NCBI GenBank assembly: GCA_963843275.1
Contig: CAWJJM010000004.1
Span: 502,237 to 566,236 of the forward strand
DNA: 64,000 nt
Source: an uncultured Acidobacteriota bacterium
GTDB taxonomy: Bacteria; Acidobacteriota; Thermoanaerobaculia; Multivoradales; JBCCEF01
Direction of reading: 5' to 3'
Below the pieces are notes generated by a model. It worked only from the letters and a program-made list of their open reading frames with translations. It ran no database searches and was not told the origin of the DNA. Position numbers and translations under genes: made by a program. Within the stretch, counting starts at the first letter, position 1; each line of letters begins with the position of its first letter. Of this stretch, positions 1 through 9,708 are shown piece by piece.

Positions 1-498
1 CTGCAGTTGAAGGGCAACATCCTCCTGGAGATGGGGCGGTACGACGAGGCCGGACAGCAGTTCGGGCAATCGCTGGCGATGATCGACGGATCCGGCCTCT
101 CGCAGGCCATCAAGGACAACGCGCATCTCGGCGCGCACTTCGACCTCGCCCGCGTCGCCCTCGGCAAGAAGGACGCGGCGACCGCGAAGGCGGAGGCCGA
201 GCTCTTCCGCACCGGCGCCGAGGCTTCCGGAAATCCGGCGCAGGTCCGGCAGGCCCACGAGCTGGCGGGCATGATCGCACTGGCGGCCAAGGACTACGAC
301 GTGGCCCTCACCGAGCTGCAACAGGCCAGCCAGCAGAACCCGTACAACCTCTACCGCCAGTGCCAGGCCTACGCCGGCAAGGGCGACGCCGAGAAGGCGA
401 AGGAACTCTGCGCCGAGGCCGCGGGATTCAACTCGCTGCCGCAGATGAACTACGCCTACGTGCGGACCCGGGCCGGAGCCGGCGCCAGCGGCGCCTGA
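1..498 (+). CDS. TPR-repeat protein, C-terminal fragment (5' end outside window)
   Basis: Frame open from base 1; repeated helical TPR-like units (KGNILLEMGRYDEAGQQF; ELAGMIALAAKDYDVALTELQQA; NPYNLYRQCQAYAGKGDAEKA); strong GC3 codon bias. Confidence 0.8.
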   Translation: MQLKGNILLEMGRYDEAGQQFGQSLAMIDGSGLSQAIKDNAHLGAHFDLARVALGKKDAATAKAEAELFRTGAEASGNPAQVRQAHELAGMIALAAKDYDVALTELQQASQQNPYNLYRQCQAYAGKGDAEKAKELCAEAAGFNSLPQMNYAYVRTRAGAGASGA

Positions 499-535
499 TC
501 CGTCCAGGTCGCACCGGGGCGCGAACGAGAGCCGC

Positions 536-567
536 GGCTCCGCCGGACCCTCGGGCCCGGCGGAGCC
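536..567. terminator. GC-rich hairpin between convergent genes, possible bidirectional terminator
   Basis: Perfect 11-bp arms GGCTCCGCCGG (536-546) / CCGGCGGAGCC (557-567); no U-tract. Confidence 0.45.
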
Positions 568-579
568 CGCCTCCTCGCC

Positions 580-1113
580 CTACGGCGACCAGAGCTCCAG
601 CGTGACGTTGTAGTGGGCGAAGAGCCCGGCGGAGGTGACCGGGTCCTGGCCGGCGGTCTCCGCGAACTCGATCGAGATCCGGTCGCCGGCATTCACCGGC
701 ACCGCCGTGGTGGTGTCGGACAGGTTCGCGTCCCCCTCCGCTTGCGTGTGAGCCAGGGAGAGGGCGGTGTCGACCTGGTTGACCCGGACCGTCACCCGGA
801 CCACGGCGGCGGGGTTCTCGAGCGTGGTGGACGGCGCGACGAACAGGTTGCGCAGGGTCCCGGACCGCGGCAGCGCGTAGAGGACCGAGCTCTCCCGCGT
901 TTCCGGCTGGTTCTCCCGCTCGAACATCGCGTAGCGGGTCAGCCCCGCATCGCTGACGTTGGCCGACCCGGTCAGCAGCAGAACCGTGGTGCCGCCACCC
1001 GATCCCGGCGGCCCCGGCGGACCCGGCGGCGCCGCGGGTCCCCGGCAGCCAGCGAGGGCGAGAGCTGTGACGACGGCGGCGGCGCAGGCCGCGACGCGGT
1101 TTCTCCGGCGCAT
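580..1113 (-). CDS. Lipoprotein with short collagen-like (Gly-X-Y) stretch and a beta-rich C-terminal domain (BclA-C/C1q-like by inference)
   Basis: AAGGAG RBS 6 nt before ATG 1113; basic N-terminus MRRRNR, hydrophobic core, lipobox LAG-C; then GPAAPPGPPGPPGSGGG; C-terminal beta-strand pattern (PRSGTLRNLFV...VTVRVNQVDTALSL...VPVNAGDRISIEF). Confidence 0.75.
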   Translation of the reverse strand: MRRRNRVAACAAAVVTALALAGCRGPAAPPGPPGPPGSGGGTTVLLLTGSANVSDAGLTRYAMFERENQPETRESSVLYALPRSGTLRNLFVAPSTTLENPAAVVRVTVRVNQVDTALSLAHTQAEGDANLSDTTTAVPVNAGDRISIEFAETAGQDPVTSAGLFAHYNVTLELWSP

Positions 1114-1251
1114 CGGCATCTCCTTTTCCAGGGTGGGGTGGCCGCAGGATCGCCGCCGCCCCCACCCCGCCGCGGGCCCGTGCGAGCCTCTCCTCGAGGC
1201 TCTCCCTAGCCGGAAGCTGGCGGCGCCCGACCGAGCGGCGGCCACCCGCCG

Positions 1252-1752
1252 CTACGGTGCCACCGCCTCCAGCCGGTCGCAGCTCAGCCGGATCTCCTCG
1301 ACGGGCGGCGACTCGCCGTCGGCGCGCAGCTCCCACTTCGAGGGGAAGCAGTGGACGAGGTGCCAGCGGAAGCGTTCCGCGCAGGGGCCGCTGGGCTCGC
1401 CGCCGCACAGGACGAGGTCGGCGTCGGGGCGCTCGGTCGCCGTCGCCGGGTCGAGCAGCCAGTCGAACAGCTCGGCGCTGGCCGTGAAGCCGCGCTTGAG
1501 GACCAGGTCGCCGTACTTGAGGCGGCCAGGGAGCTTGCGGACCACGTCGGGATCGCCGCCCTCGCGATACTCGACGACCTCGATCTCCGCCCCGAGACCG
1601 TCGACGCCCCGGAACGCGCCCATCGTCGCGTCGCCGACGACGAGGACGAAGTGGTAGCTGTGGACGGGCCGGTCGGCCGGACGGTCCGCCCCGGCGAGGC
1701 CGGGGACCGCCAGCGCGACGGCCAGGGCGAGTAGGACGGGCATCGCTCGCAT
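1252..1752 (-). CDS. Phage T4 gp19 / eCIS Afp1-like tail-tube protein with N-terminal signal peptide
   Basis: Family motifs F..V....G.F..V.GL..E.EVVEYREGG....VRKLPGRLKYGDLVLKRG....ELFDW...RW.L..CFPSKW...VEEIRLSCDRL; N-terminal MRAMPVLLALAVALAVPGLAGA-D resembles a Sec signal peptide. Confidence 0.88.
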   Translation of the reverse strand: MRAMPVLLALAVALAVPGLAGADRPADRPVHSYHFVLVVGDATMGAFRGVDGLGAEIEVVEYREGGDPDVVRKLPGRLKYGDLVLKRGFTASAELFDWLLDPATATERPDADLVLCGGEPSGPCAERFRWHLVHCFPSKWELRADGESPPVEEIRLSCDRLEAVAP

Positions 1753-2068
1753 GGTGCCGCTCCCCTGGCACCCGGTCCCGCCCGCGGGGTCCACCCCTCC
1801 CCGGCACGGGCTCCGGCGCCGGTCGTGAACGCTGTGCTACGGCTCTTTCGCTCGATCGTAGCACCGCTCCGTCCGAGGCCCGGCTCCAGAGACCGGTGGC
1901 AGCATCGAGGGCGGTCAGCGGAGCCAGCACCGTGGCGCCCGACAGGCTGCGAGCAAGGGAAAACGGTCGAGGAGCGCGCGGCAGGGCCGCTGAGGCGTGC
2001 TTCAGTACGCCGCCGGCGGCCCGAGCGAGCAGCGACGCCGCAGATTGACCCGCATCCGCCCTCTCGCC

Positions 2069-3373
2069 CTAGTCGACCGGCTTCATCTCCACCCGGTGGT
2101 CGTCCGGGCGGGGCTCGAGGGTCTCGCCCTCGGTGCGGGCGACGAAGCTCGCCGCGGTCAGGTCGCCGGTGACGTTCACGGCGGTGCGCAGCATGTCGAG
2201 GATGCGGTCGACGCCGAGGATCAGGGCGATGCCGGCGGCCGCTTCGGCGCCGCCGATCCCCACCGAGTGCAGCACCAGGATGAGGATGATGATGCCGGCG
2301 CTGGGCACCCCCGCCGCGCCGATGCTGGCCAGGGTGGCGGTGAGCACGATGGTGAGCTGCTGGCCGAAGTGCATCGGCAGGCCGTAGATCTGGGCGATGA
2401 ACATCGTCGCCACCGCCTGGTAGAGGGCGGTGCCGTCCATGTTGACGGTGGCGCCCAGCGGCAGGACGAACGAGGCGATCGAGCGCGACACGCCGAGGCT
2501 CTCCTCGGCGGTCTCCATGGTCACCGGCAGGGTGGCGTTCGAGCTCGAGGTCGAGAAGGCCACCAGCGGCGCCCGGGCGATGCGCCGGAAGAAGGTGACC
2601 GGGCTCATGCGCACCAGGAAGCGCACGACGAGGGCGTAGGTGCCGAAGGCGTGCAGCGCCAGCCCGGCGACCACCGTCAGGGCGTAGAACAGCAGCGAGC
2701 GCAGCAGGTCGAGGCCGAAGCGGGCCACCACCGCGGAGATCAGCGCGAAGACGGCGTAGGGCGCCAGCTTCATGATCCAGTCGATCAGGACCATCACCGC
2801 GTCGTTGACGCCCTCGGCCACCCGCAGCACCGCGTCGCGGCGCTCCTTCGCGACCAGCGTGATGGCGGCGCCGAAGAGGATGGTGAAGACGATCAGCGGC
2901 AGCAGGTCCATCTTCGCCGCCGCCTCGATCGGGTTGCGCGGGATCATCCCCAGCAGGACGTCGACCACCGAGGGGCTCTGCGCGGCGAGCTCCATCTTCT
3001 GGCTCGCCTCGCCGGCGAAGGCGGCGGAGAGGGTGTCGCGGGTCGCCGGGTCGATCCGCGAGCCGGGGAGCACGAGGTTCGACAGCACCAGGCCGATGGT
3101 GACCGCGATGGCCGTCGTCGCCAGGTAGTAGACGACGGTCTTGCCGCCGATCCGCCCGAGCTTGCGCAGGTCGCCGAGCGAGGCGGTGCCGATCAGCAGG
3201 CTGGCGACGACGAGCGGCACCACCACCATCGTGATGAGCCGGATGAAGGCCGTGCCCACCGGCTCGAGGGCCGCCAGCACGGTGGCCAGCCAAGCGATGC
3301 CGGCGAGGTTCGCGACCAGCCCGAGGGCGACGCCCGCCACCAGGCCGATGAGGATCTTCGTGTGGAGTTGCAT
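2069..3373 (-). CDS. Dicarboxylate/amino acid:cation symporter (DAACS; GltP/GltT-like)
   Basis: Motifs AFSTSSSNATLP, LPLGATVNMDGTALY, GVDRILDMLRTAVNVTGD; multiple TM segments. Confidence 0.95.
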   Translation of the reverse strand: MQLHTKILIGLVAGVALGLVANLAGIAWLATVLAALEPVGTAFIRLITMVVVPLVVASLLIGTASLGDLRKLGRIGGKTVVYYLATTAIAVTIGLVLSNLVLPGSRIDPATRDTLSAAFAGEASQKMELAAQSPSVVDVLLGMIPRNPIEAAAKMDLLPLIVFTILFGAAITLVAKERRDAVLRVAEGVNDAVMVLIDWIMKLAPYAVFALISAVVARFGLDLLRSLLFYALTVVAGLALHAFGTYALVVRFLVRMSPVTFFRRIARAPLVAFSTSSSNATLPVTMETAEESLGVSRSIASFVLPLGATVNMDGTALYQAVATMFIAQIYGLPMHFGQQLTIVLTATLASIGAAGVPSAGIIILILVLHSVGIGGAEAAAGIALILGVDRILDMLRTAVNVTGDLTAASFVARTEGETLEPRPDDHRVEMKPVD

Positions 3374-3596
3374 CCTGGGCCTCGGGTTCTATCACAGGGC
3401 GGGACGGTCTCCGTGGCAGCGCTGCGGCCGATCCCGACCGTCCCGATCCGTGGCGGCCCCGGACGTGCCGCGAGCCACCCCGAACGCAGCGCCGCCCGGT
3501 CGGCTAAGATCACGACCTCTCCTCTTGAGAGCTGGGCTCGCGGCGCCGGGTCTCCCGGCGGCTCGCGGGCCATCGGATTCGCGGACCGGAACGAGG

Positions 3597-6319
3597 ATGG
3601 CCGGGAGCACCCTGATCGGAGACCGCGTCGGCCCCTACGAGATCACCGCCAAGCTCGGCGAGGGCGGCATGGGGGAGGTGTACCGGGCGCGCGACGACCG
3701 GCTGGGGCGCGAGGTGGCGATCAAGGTGCTGCCCGAGGCCTTCACCGAGGACGAGCAGCGCCTGGCGCGCTTCGAGCGCGAGGCGCAGCTGCTGGCCCAG
3801 CTCCACCACCCCCACATCGCCTCCGATCTACGGCCTCGAGGAGGCCGCCGGCAGCGCGGGCCCTGGTGATGGAGCTGGTCGAGGGGCCGACGCTGGCCGA
3901 GCGGCTGCCAGGGCGGCGCTCTGCCGATCGAGGAGGCCCTGCGCGTCGCGCGCCAGATCGCCGAGGCGCTCGAGGCGGCGCACGACAAGGGGATCATCCA
4001 CCGCGACCTCAAGCCCGCCAACGTCAAGGTCTCGGCCGACGGTACCGTCAAGGTGCTCGACTTCGGGCTCGCCAAGGCGATGGACCCGGCGTCGGCGTCG
4101 GGCCCGGAGTCCGCGGCGCGGCTCGCCGCCTCCCCGACGCTGACCCTGGGGGCCACCGCCCAGGGGCTGATCCTCGGCACCGCCGCCTACATGGCCCCGG
4201 AGCAGGCGCAAGGGGCTGGCGGTCGACAAGCGGGCCGACATCTGGGCCTTCGGGGTGGTGCTCTGGGAGATGCTGACCGGGCGGCGGCTCTTCGAGGGCG
4301 ACACGGTGCCGGAGACCCTGGCCGGGGTGCTCAAGTCCGACATCGACCTCGACGCCGCTGCCGGAGTCGACGCCGCCCGCCGTCCGCCGGCTGCTGCGCC
4401 GCTGCCTCGAGCGCAACCCGAAGAACCGCCTGCACGACATCGCCGACGCGCGGATCGTCCTCGAGGACGTCCTTTCGGGAGCCGATCGGGAAGCGACGAG
4501 CACCGACGCCGCAACGGGCACGGGCGTTCGTCGCCGCGCCTGGACCCGCTGGGCGGTCGCGGCGATCGTTCTCGTCGCGGTGGGCGCCGCCGGCTTCGTC
4601 GCCGGCCGGATGGCGTGGCGCTCCCTGGGCTCCGCCGCCGAGCCGCTGCACATGTCGATCCGGCTCGCTCCGAACCAGGAGTTCGGCGAGGCGGGCGGCA
4701 CGACGCTGGTCTTCTCCCCCGACGGAACCTCCCTGATCTTCGAGGGGCGGGAGAACGGCCGCCGCCTGTTGCTGCGGCGGCGGCTGGACAGCGGGGAGGT
4801 CGAGGCGATCCCCGGGACCGACGACGCCGAGTTTCCGTTCTTCTCCCCCGACGGACGTTGGATCGGGTTCAGCTCCGGCGGTTTCCTGCAGAAGGTGCCG
4901 GCGGACGGGGGGCGGCCCTTCCCGCTCGCCGAGGCGCGCGGCGCCGGGGGAGCGTGCTGGTTGCGCGACGGCACCATCGTCTACGCCCCGATCTACTCGG
5001 ACGGCCTCTTCCGCGTGGCGGCGGAGGGCGGCCGCAGCGAACGGCTGACGACGCCCGACCACGCCGACGGCGAGCTCGGGCACTGGTGGCCGACGCCGCT
5101 GCCCGGGGAGCGGAAGGTGCTGTTCACCGCCTTCCACACGCCGATGGACACCTCGCGCATCGGCGTGCTCGACCTCGGGACGCAGCGGATCGAGTGGATC
5201 GTCGACGGCGGCTTCTACGCCACCTACCTCCCCACCGGGCACCTGATCTACGCCAAGGGCAAGCGGCTCTACGCACTGCCGTTCGACCCCGAGCGAGCGC
5301 GGCCGACCGGCCGGCCGGTCGCCCTCGTCGACGACGTGATGACCTCGCAGTCGAGCGGTTTCGCGGAGTACGCGGTGTCCTCGCGCGGCGTTCTCGCCTA
5401 CGCCACCGAGACGCTGGCGAGCCCGCCGCAGCGACTCGTCTGGCTGGATCGGGAGGGACACGCCAGCGACGCCCTGGACGAGAGGCGGAAGTACCAGTCG
5501 GTCAGCCTGGCGCCGGACGGGCGCGCGGCGGCGCTCACGCTCCTCGGCGACAGCCGCGACCTGTGGACCTACTCGTTCGATCGCCGCACCCTGTCGCGGC
5601 TGACGACCGGCGCCGCGACCGAGTTCGGTCCCGCCTGGTCACGCGACGGCCGCGAGCTCTTCTACGTCGTCGACGTGCCGCCGTTCACCCTCTACCGCAT
5701 CGGCGTCGGCGCGCCCGACTCGGGCAAGCCGTTGTGGGAGGAGAGGGCGGAAGTCGACACGGTGCAGGCCACGCCGTCCGCAGACGGCCGGACCCTCGTG
5801 TTCTCGCGCGATGAGCAGGGGACCGGCCAGAACCTCTACCTGCGACCGATCGACGGCAGCGCACCGCCACGAGCGCTGCTCGCGACGCGCGCCACCGAGC
5901 AGTACCCGACCCTCTCCCCGGACGGGCGCTGGATGGCCTACGAGTCGAACGAGACCGGCCGGTTCGAGATCTACGCCGAGCCGCTGGACGGCTCTGGAAA
6001 CCGGGTCCAGGTCTCCTCCGACGGGGGCCGCGAGCCGCTCTGGGCGGCGAACGGCGACCTCTTCTTCCGCCACGACGACGAGATGCGGGTGGTGGCGACC
6101 CATGCCGGTGCGCGACTGGAGCTCGAACCGACGCGCATGCTCTTCCGCGCCGCCCTCGTCGCCAACGCCAACGAGAACATGCGCACCTACGACGTCACGG
6201 AGGACGGCTCCCGCATCCTCGCCATCGCCACCCCGGAGGAGAGCCGCCCGCGCCAGATCGAGGTCGTCACCGGATGGACGCGGCAACTCCCGGGCCTGGC
6301 ACCCGACGGCTCGCAGTGA
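3597..6319 (+). CDS. Hanks-type Ser/Thr kinase - TM - PD40/TolB-like beta-propeller; broken by about 5 single-base insertions (near 3825, 3853, 3908, 4209, 4358)
   Basis: [40 protein letters not shown] spread over frames; TM near 4550-4610; repeated FSPDG/WSRDG/LSPDG units in ORF 4580-6319. Confidence 0.9.
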
Positions 6320-7321
6320 CCGCGCGGGGCCGGGGCGGACCGCCGGCCGGCTCCGGGTCTCGGCAGGGTCACGCCCACGTGATCGGGGAACGGACCGGTC
6401 CCTGCAAGGGGACCGCGCGGTTAGGATGTCGCTCGGACCTCCCGTGAAACGAGCGCCGTCATGACGATGGAACCCGGCGTCCGCGTCGGCCCCTACGAGA
6501 TCACCGCCAAGCTCGGCGAGGGCGGCATGGGGGAGGTGTACCGGGCGCGCGACGACCGGCTCGGGCGCGAGGTGGCGATCAAGGTGCTGCCGCCGGCCTT
6601 CGCCGCCGACGAGCGAGCGCCTGGCCCGCTTCGAGCGCGAGGCGCGGCTGCTGGCCCAGCTCCAGCACCCCCACATCGCCTCGATCTACGGGCTCGAGGA
6701 GTCCGACGGCAGCGCGGGCCCTGGTCCTGGAGCTGGTCGAGGGGCCGACGCTGGCCGAGCGGCTCGCAGGGCGGCGCCCTGCCGATCGAGGAGGCCCTGA
6801 CCGTCGCGCGGCAGATCGCCGAGGCGCTCGAGGCGGCGCACGAGAAGGGCATCGTCCACCGCGACCTCAAGCCCGCCAACGTCAAGGTCACCGCCGACGG
6901 ACCGGTCAAGGTGCTCGACTTCGGGCTGGCCAAGGCGATGGACCCGGCGTCGGCGTCGGGCCCGGAGTCCGCGGCGCGGCTCGCCGCCTCCGCCGACGCT
7001 CACCCTGGCGGCCACCGCCCAGGGCCTGATCCTCGGCACGCGCCGCCTACATGGCGCCGGAGCAGGCGCAAGGGGCTGGCGGTCGACAAGCGGGCCGACA
7101 TCTGGGCCTTCGGGGTGGTCCTCTGCGAGATGCTGACCGGGCGGCGGCTCTTCGAGGGCGACTCGGTGCCCGACACCCTGGCCGGGGTGCTCAAGTCCGA
7201 CATCGACCTCGACGCCCTGCCGGAGTCGACGCCGCCCGCCATCCGCCGCCTGCTGCGCCGCTGCCTCGAGCGCAACCCGCGCAACCGCCTGCGCGACATC
7301 GGCGACGCACGGATCGTCCTC
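3624..7321 (+). repeat. Near-identical direct repeat of the kinase-domain DNA (about 3624-4460 and about 6482-7321)
   Basis: Long identical stretches, e.g. cgcgtcggcccctacgagatcaccgccaagctcggcgagggcggcatgggggaggtgtaccgggcgcgcgacgaccggct and atggacccggcgtcggcgtcgggcccggagtccgcggcgcggctcgccgcctcc. Confidence 0.9.
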
Positions 7322-9182
7322 TCCGAGGTGCTCGCCGGGACGGGGGCCGAGCCGGTGCGGCCCGCGGTCGTGACGAGCCGCCCGCGCCGTTCCGTGGCGA
7401 GGCTTCGTGGCCGCGATCGTCGTCGCGGCCGCTCTCGGCGCGCTGCTGGCGCTGGCACTCCGTCCCGCACCGCCACCCACCGATCCCGTGCGCGATCCGC
7501 CGGCTCACCTTCTCCGGCGACGACCAGCAGCCGTCGGCCTCCCCCGACGGCCGCTTCGTCGCCTTCGCCTCGACCCGCGACGGCACCTCGCGGATCTGGC
7601 TCAAGCAGATGGACGGGGGCGGCGAGCAGGCGCTGACCGGAGGGCCCGACGTCCGGCCGCGCTTCGCCCCCGACGGCAACTCCGTCGGCTTCCTGCGCCA
7701 GGTGGCGACGGATCGCTTCGATCTCTTCCGGACGGCGCTCGTCGGCGGCCAGCCGCGACGCATTGCTCTCCGACGTCAACGACTTCGACTGGTCGCCGGA
7801 CGGGCGCCGCGTGGCGTTCCTCCGCAGCAGCCGGAGGACCGAGAACGTCGACGTCACGACCCTGGGGATCTTCGATCCGGCGACGCGCCGCGAGCGCACG
7901 CGTCCTCGAGCTCGAGGGTTGGCTCCTGCTCGGCGTGCGTTGGCGGCCCGACGGCGGTCGGATCGCGGTGACGCGCGGCGGCCCGGTCGGCGCCGCGGGC
8001 GGCTGGGAGATCCTGCTGGTGGATCCGGACACCGGCGCCAGCGAGCACCTCGAGGCGGGCGAGCGGCTGGGGGTGATCTCGGCGAGCACCTGGGACCCGC
8101 GTGGCGAGGGGCTCTACTACGCGGCGTCGACCGACACCGTGGGCGACCTGACGGGTGGCCCCGGCGAGGTCCGCCACCTGAAGGTCGGCGGCGCCCCGAG
8201 GACGCTCTTCTGGGCGTCCGGCCTCTTCCCGTTCCGGGGCTCGGGCGCCATCTACTCGACGCTCTCGCTGCTCGGGCGGGACCGGCTCGTCTTCGACACC
8301 TGGGAGCAGAGCGAGTCGCTGCGCGAGGTCGACCTCGTTGACGGCACCGTCCACCAGCTCACCAGGAGCCTCGGCACCGACCGCCAGCCGGCCTACTCCC
8401 CCGACGGGCGCTACCTGATCTTCTCCTCCAACCGGACCGGCAACCTCGACCTGTGGCGGCTGGACCGCGCGTCGGGCGAGCTGCGCCAGCTCACCGACGA
8501 CCCCGCCCAGGACTGGGACCCCGGCTTCACCCCGGACGGCAGCCGCATCCTGTTCAGCTCCGGGCGCGGCGGCACGGGCCTCGAGATCTGGAGCGTCGCC
8601 CCCGACGGCAGCGATCCCCGCCAGATCACTCACGACGGCGTCGACGCCGAGAACCCCACCATGACCCCCGACGGGCGCTGGATCGTCTACACCTCGGGAA
8701 ACACGGCGCACCTGGGCCTGTTCCGCATCCACCCCGACGGCACCGAGCCGACCCGGTTGACCAGCGGCAACCACACCAACGGCGAGGTTTCGCCGGACGG
8801 GCGCTGGGCGCTGTTCGTCTCGTCGAACGATCTCGGTGCGCAGGTCCTCTTCGTCGAGGTCGCCACCGGGCGCCTGGGGAAGGCGTCGATCTCCCTGCTG
8901 TCGGGGGGCCGCGAGCCGAGCGTCACCTTCGGGCGCGGCCGCTGGATGGGCGGCGGCGGCGAGGTGGCCTACGTGGGGATGGACGAACGCGGCCGCACCG
9001 GGATCTTCGCGCAGCGCTTCGACCCCGACCGCGACACCTCCGCCACCCGGCGGAAGCTCGCGGGGTTCTTCGACGACGTCAAGACCGAGTCGTTCGGCGT
9101 CGCCCCCGACGACTCGGCGATCACCCTGGCCGTGACGCGCGAGACCCGTAGCCTGCTGCTCGCTGAGGGGCTCCCGCAGTAG
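6461..9182 (+). CDS. Second Ser/Thr kinase - TM - PD40 beta-propeller; broken by about 10 single-base insertions between ~6615 and ~7900
   Basis: Same kinase motifs; PD40 repeats (PAYSPDG, PGFTPDG, PTMTPDG, EVSPDG); pieces in ORFs 6461, 7051, 7407 and 7763 join into one reading frame with +1 shifts. Confidence 0.9.
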
Positions 9183-9271
9183 CCGTCGGTTTTCGGCGTA
9201 GCCTCGGACGATCGATCGACCCGATTGCGGCCGGGGCCGCCTGCGGCCCGCGGCGGAAAGGAGCGCTGGTC

Positions 9272-9568
9272 ATGTACGTGGTGCGCAACGTGTTCACGGC
9301 GAAGCCGGGCAAGGCGCGGGAGCTGGTGGCGAAGTTCCAGGCGGCGCGACCGCACCTCGAGGTGGAGGGGATCCACCACACGCGGATCCTCACCGACGCG
9401 GTGGCAGGGTTCTGGACGGTGGTGGTGGAGTCGGAGGTGGAGGACCTCGCGGCCTACATGGGCCAGGCGCGGGGCAGCGCGCGCGCGCCGGAGGCCGCCG
9501 AGGCGATGCGCGGCTACATGGACCTGGTCGCCGGCGGCCACCGGGAGGTGCTGGTCGTCGAGGAGTGA
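9272..9568 (+). CDS. Small dimeric alpha/beta-barrel protein (NIPSNAP-like)
   Basis: GGAG RBS; YVVRNVFTAKPGKARELVAKF...ILTDAVAGFWTVVVESEVEDLAAY pattern. Confidence 0.7.
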   Translation: MYVVRNVFTAKPGKARELVAKFQAARPHLEVEGIHHTRILTDAVAGFWTVVVESEVEDLAAYMGQARGSARAPEAAEAMRGYMDLVAGGHREVLVVEE

Positions 9569-9708
9569 GCGGAGACCGGCGCGGGCGCCGACCGCGCTCG
9601 GGCCCGGCCGGGCCGGGCGCCCGACGCCGGGAGACCGCCGACCCGCGCGCCGCCCACCCTGCAGCCGCCCCGGTGAACGCACGGCCCGGAAGCGCTAGCA
9701 TCCCTCCC

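Noticed and set aside
1834-1864. Riboswitch (c-di-GMP-like, GAAA in loop) upstream of the tube gene
   Set aside because: Only one stem; conserved aptamer motifs not recognisable; kept only as a low-interest hairpin
1-3400. Prophage or complete eCIS locus around the tail-tube gene
   Set aside because: No sheath, baseplate, VgrG/PAAR, terminase, capsid or integrase gene; neighbours are a TPR protein and a transporter. Sequence left of the window cannot be seen
3597-9182. Programmed frameshifting, phase variation or DGR-type diversification of the kinase genes
   Set aside because: No slippery heptamers or simple repeats at the shift sites and no reverse transcriptase; similar indels hit housekeeping gltA and panE; allele-hybrid pattern fits a consensus artefact
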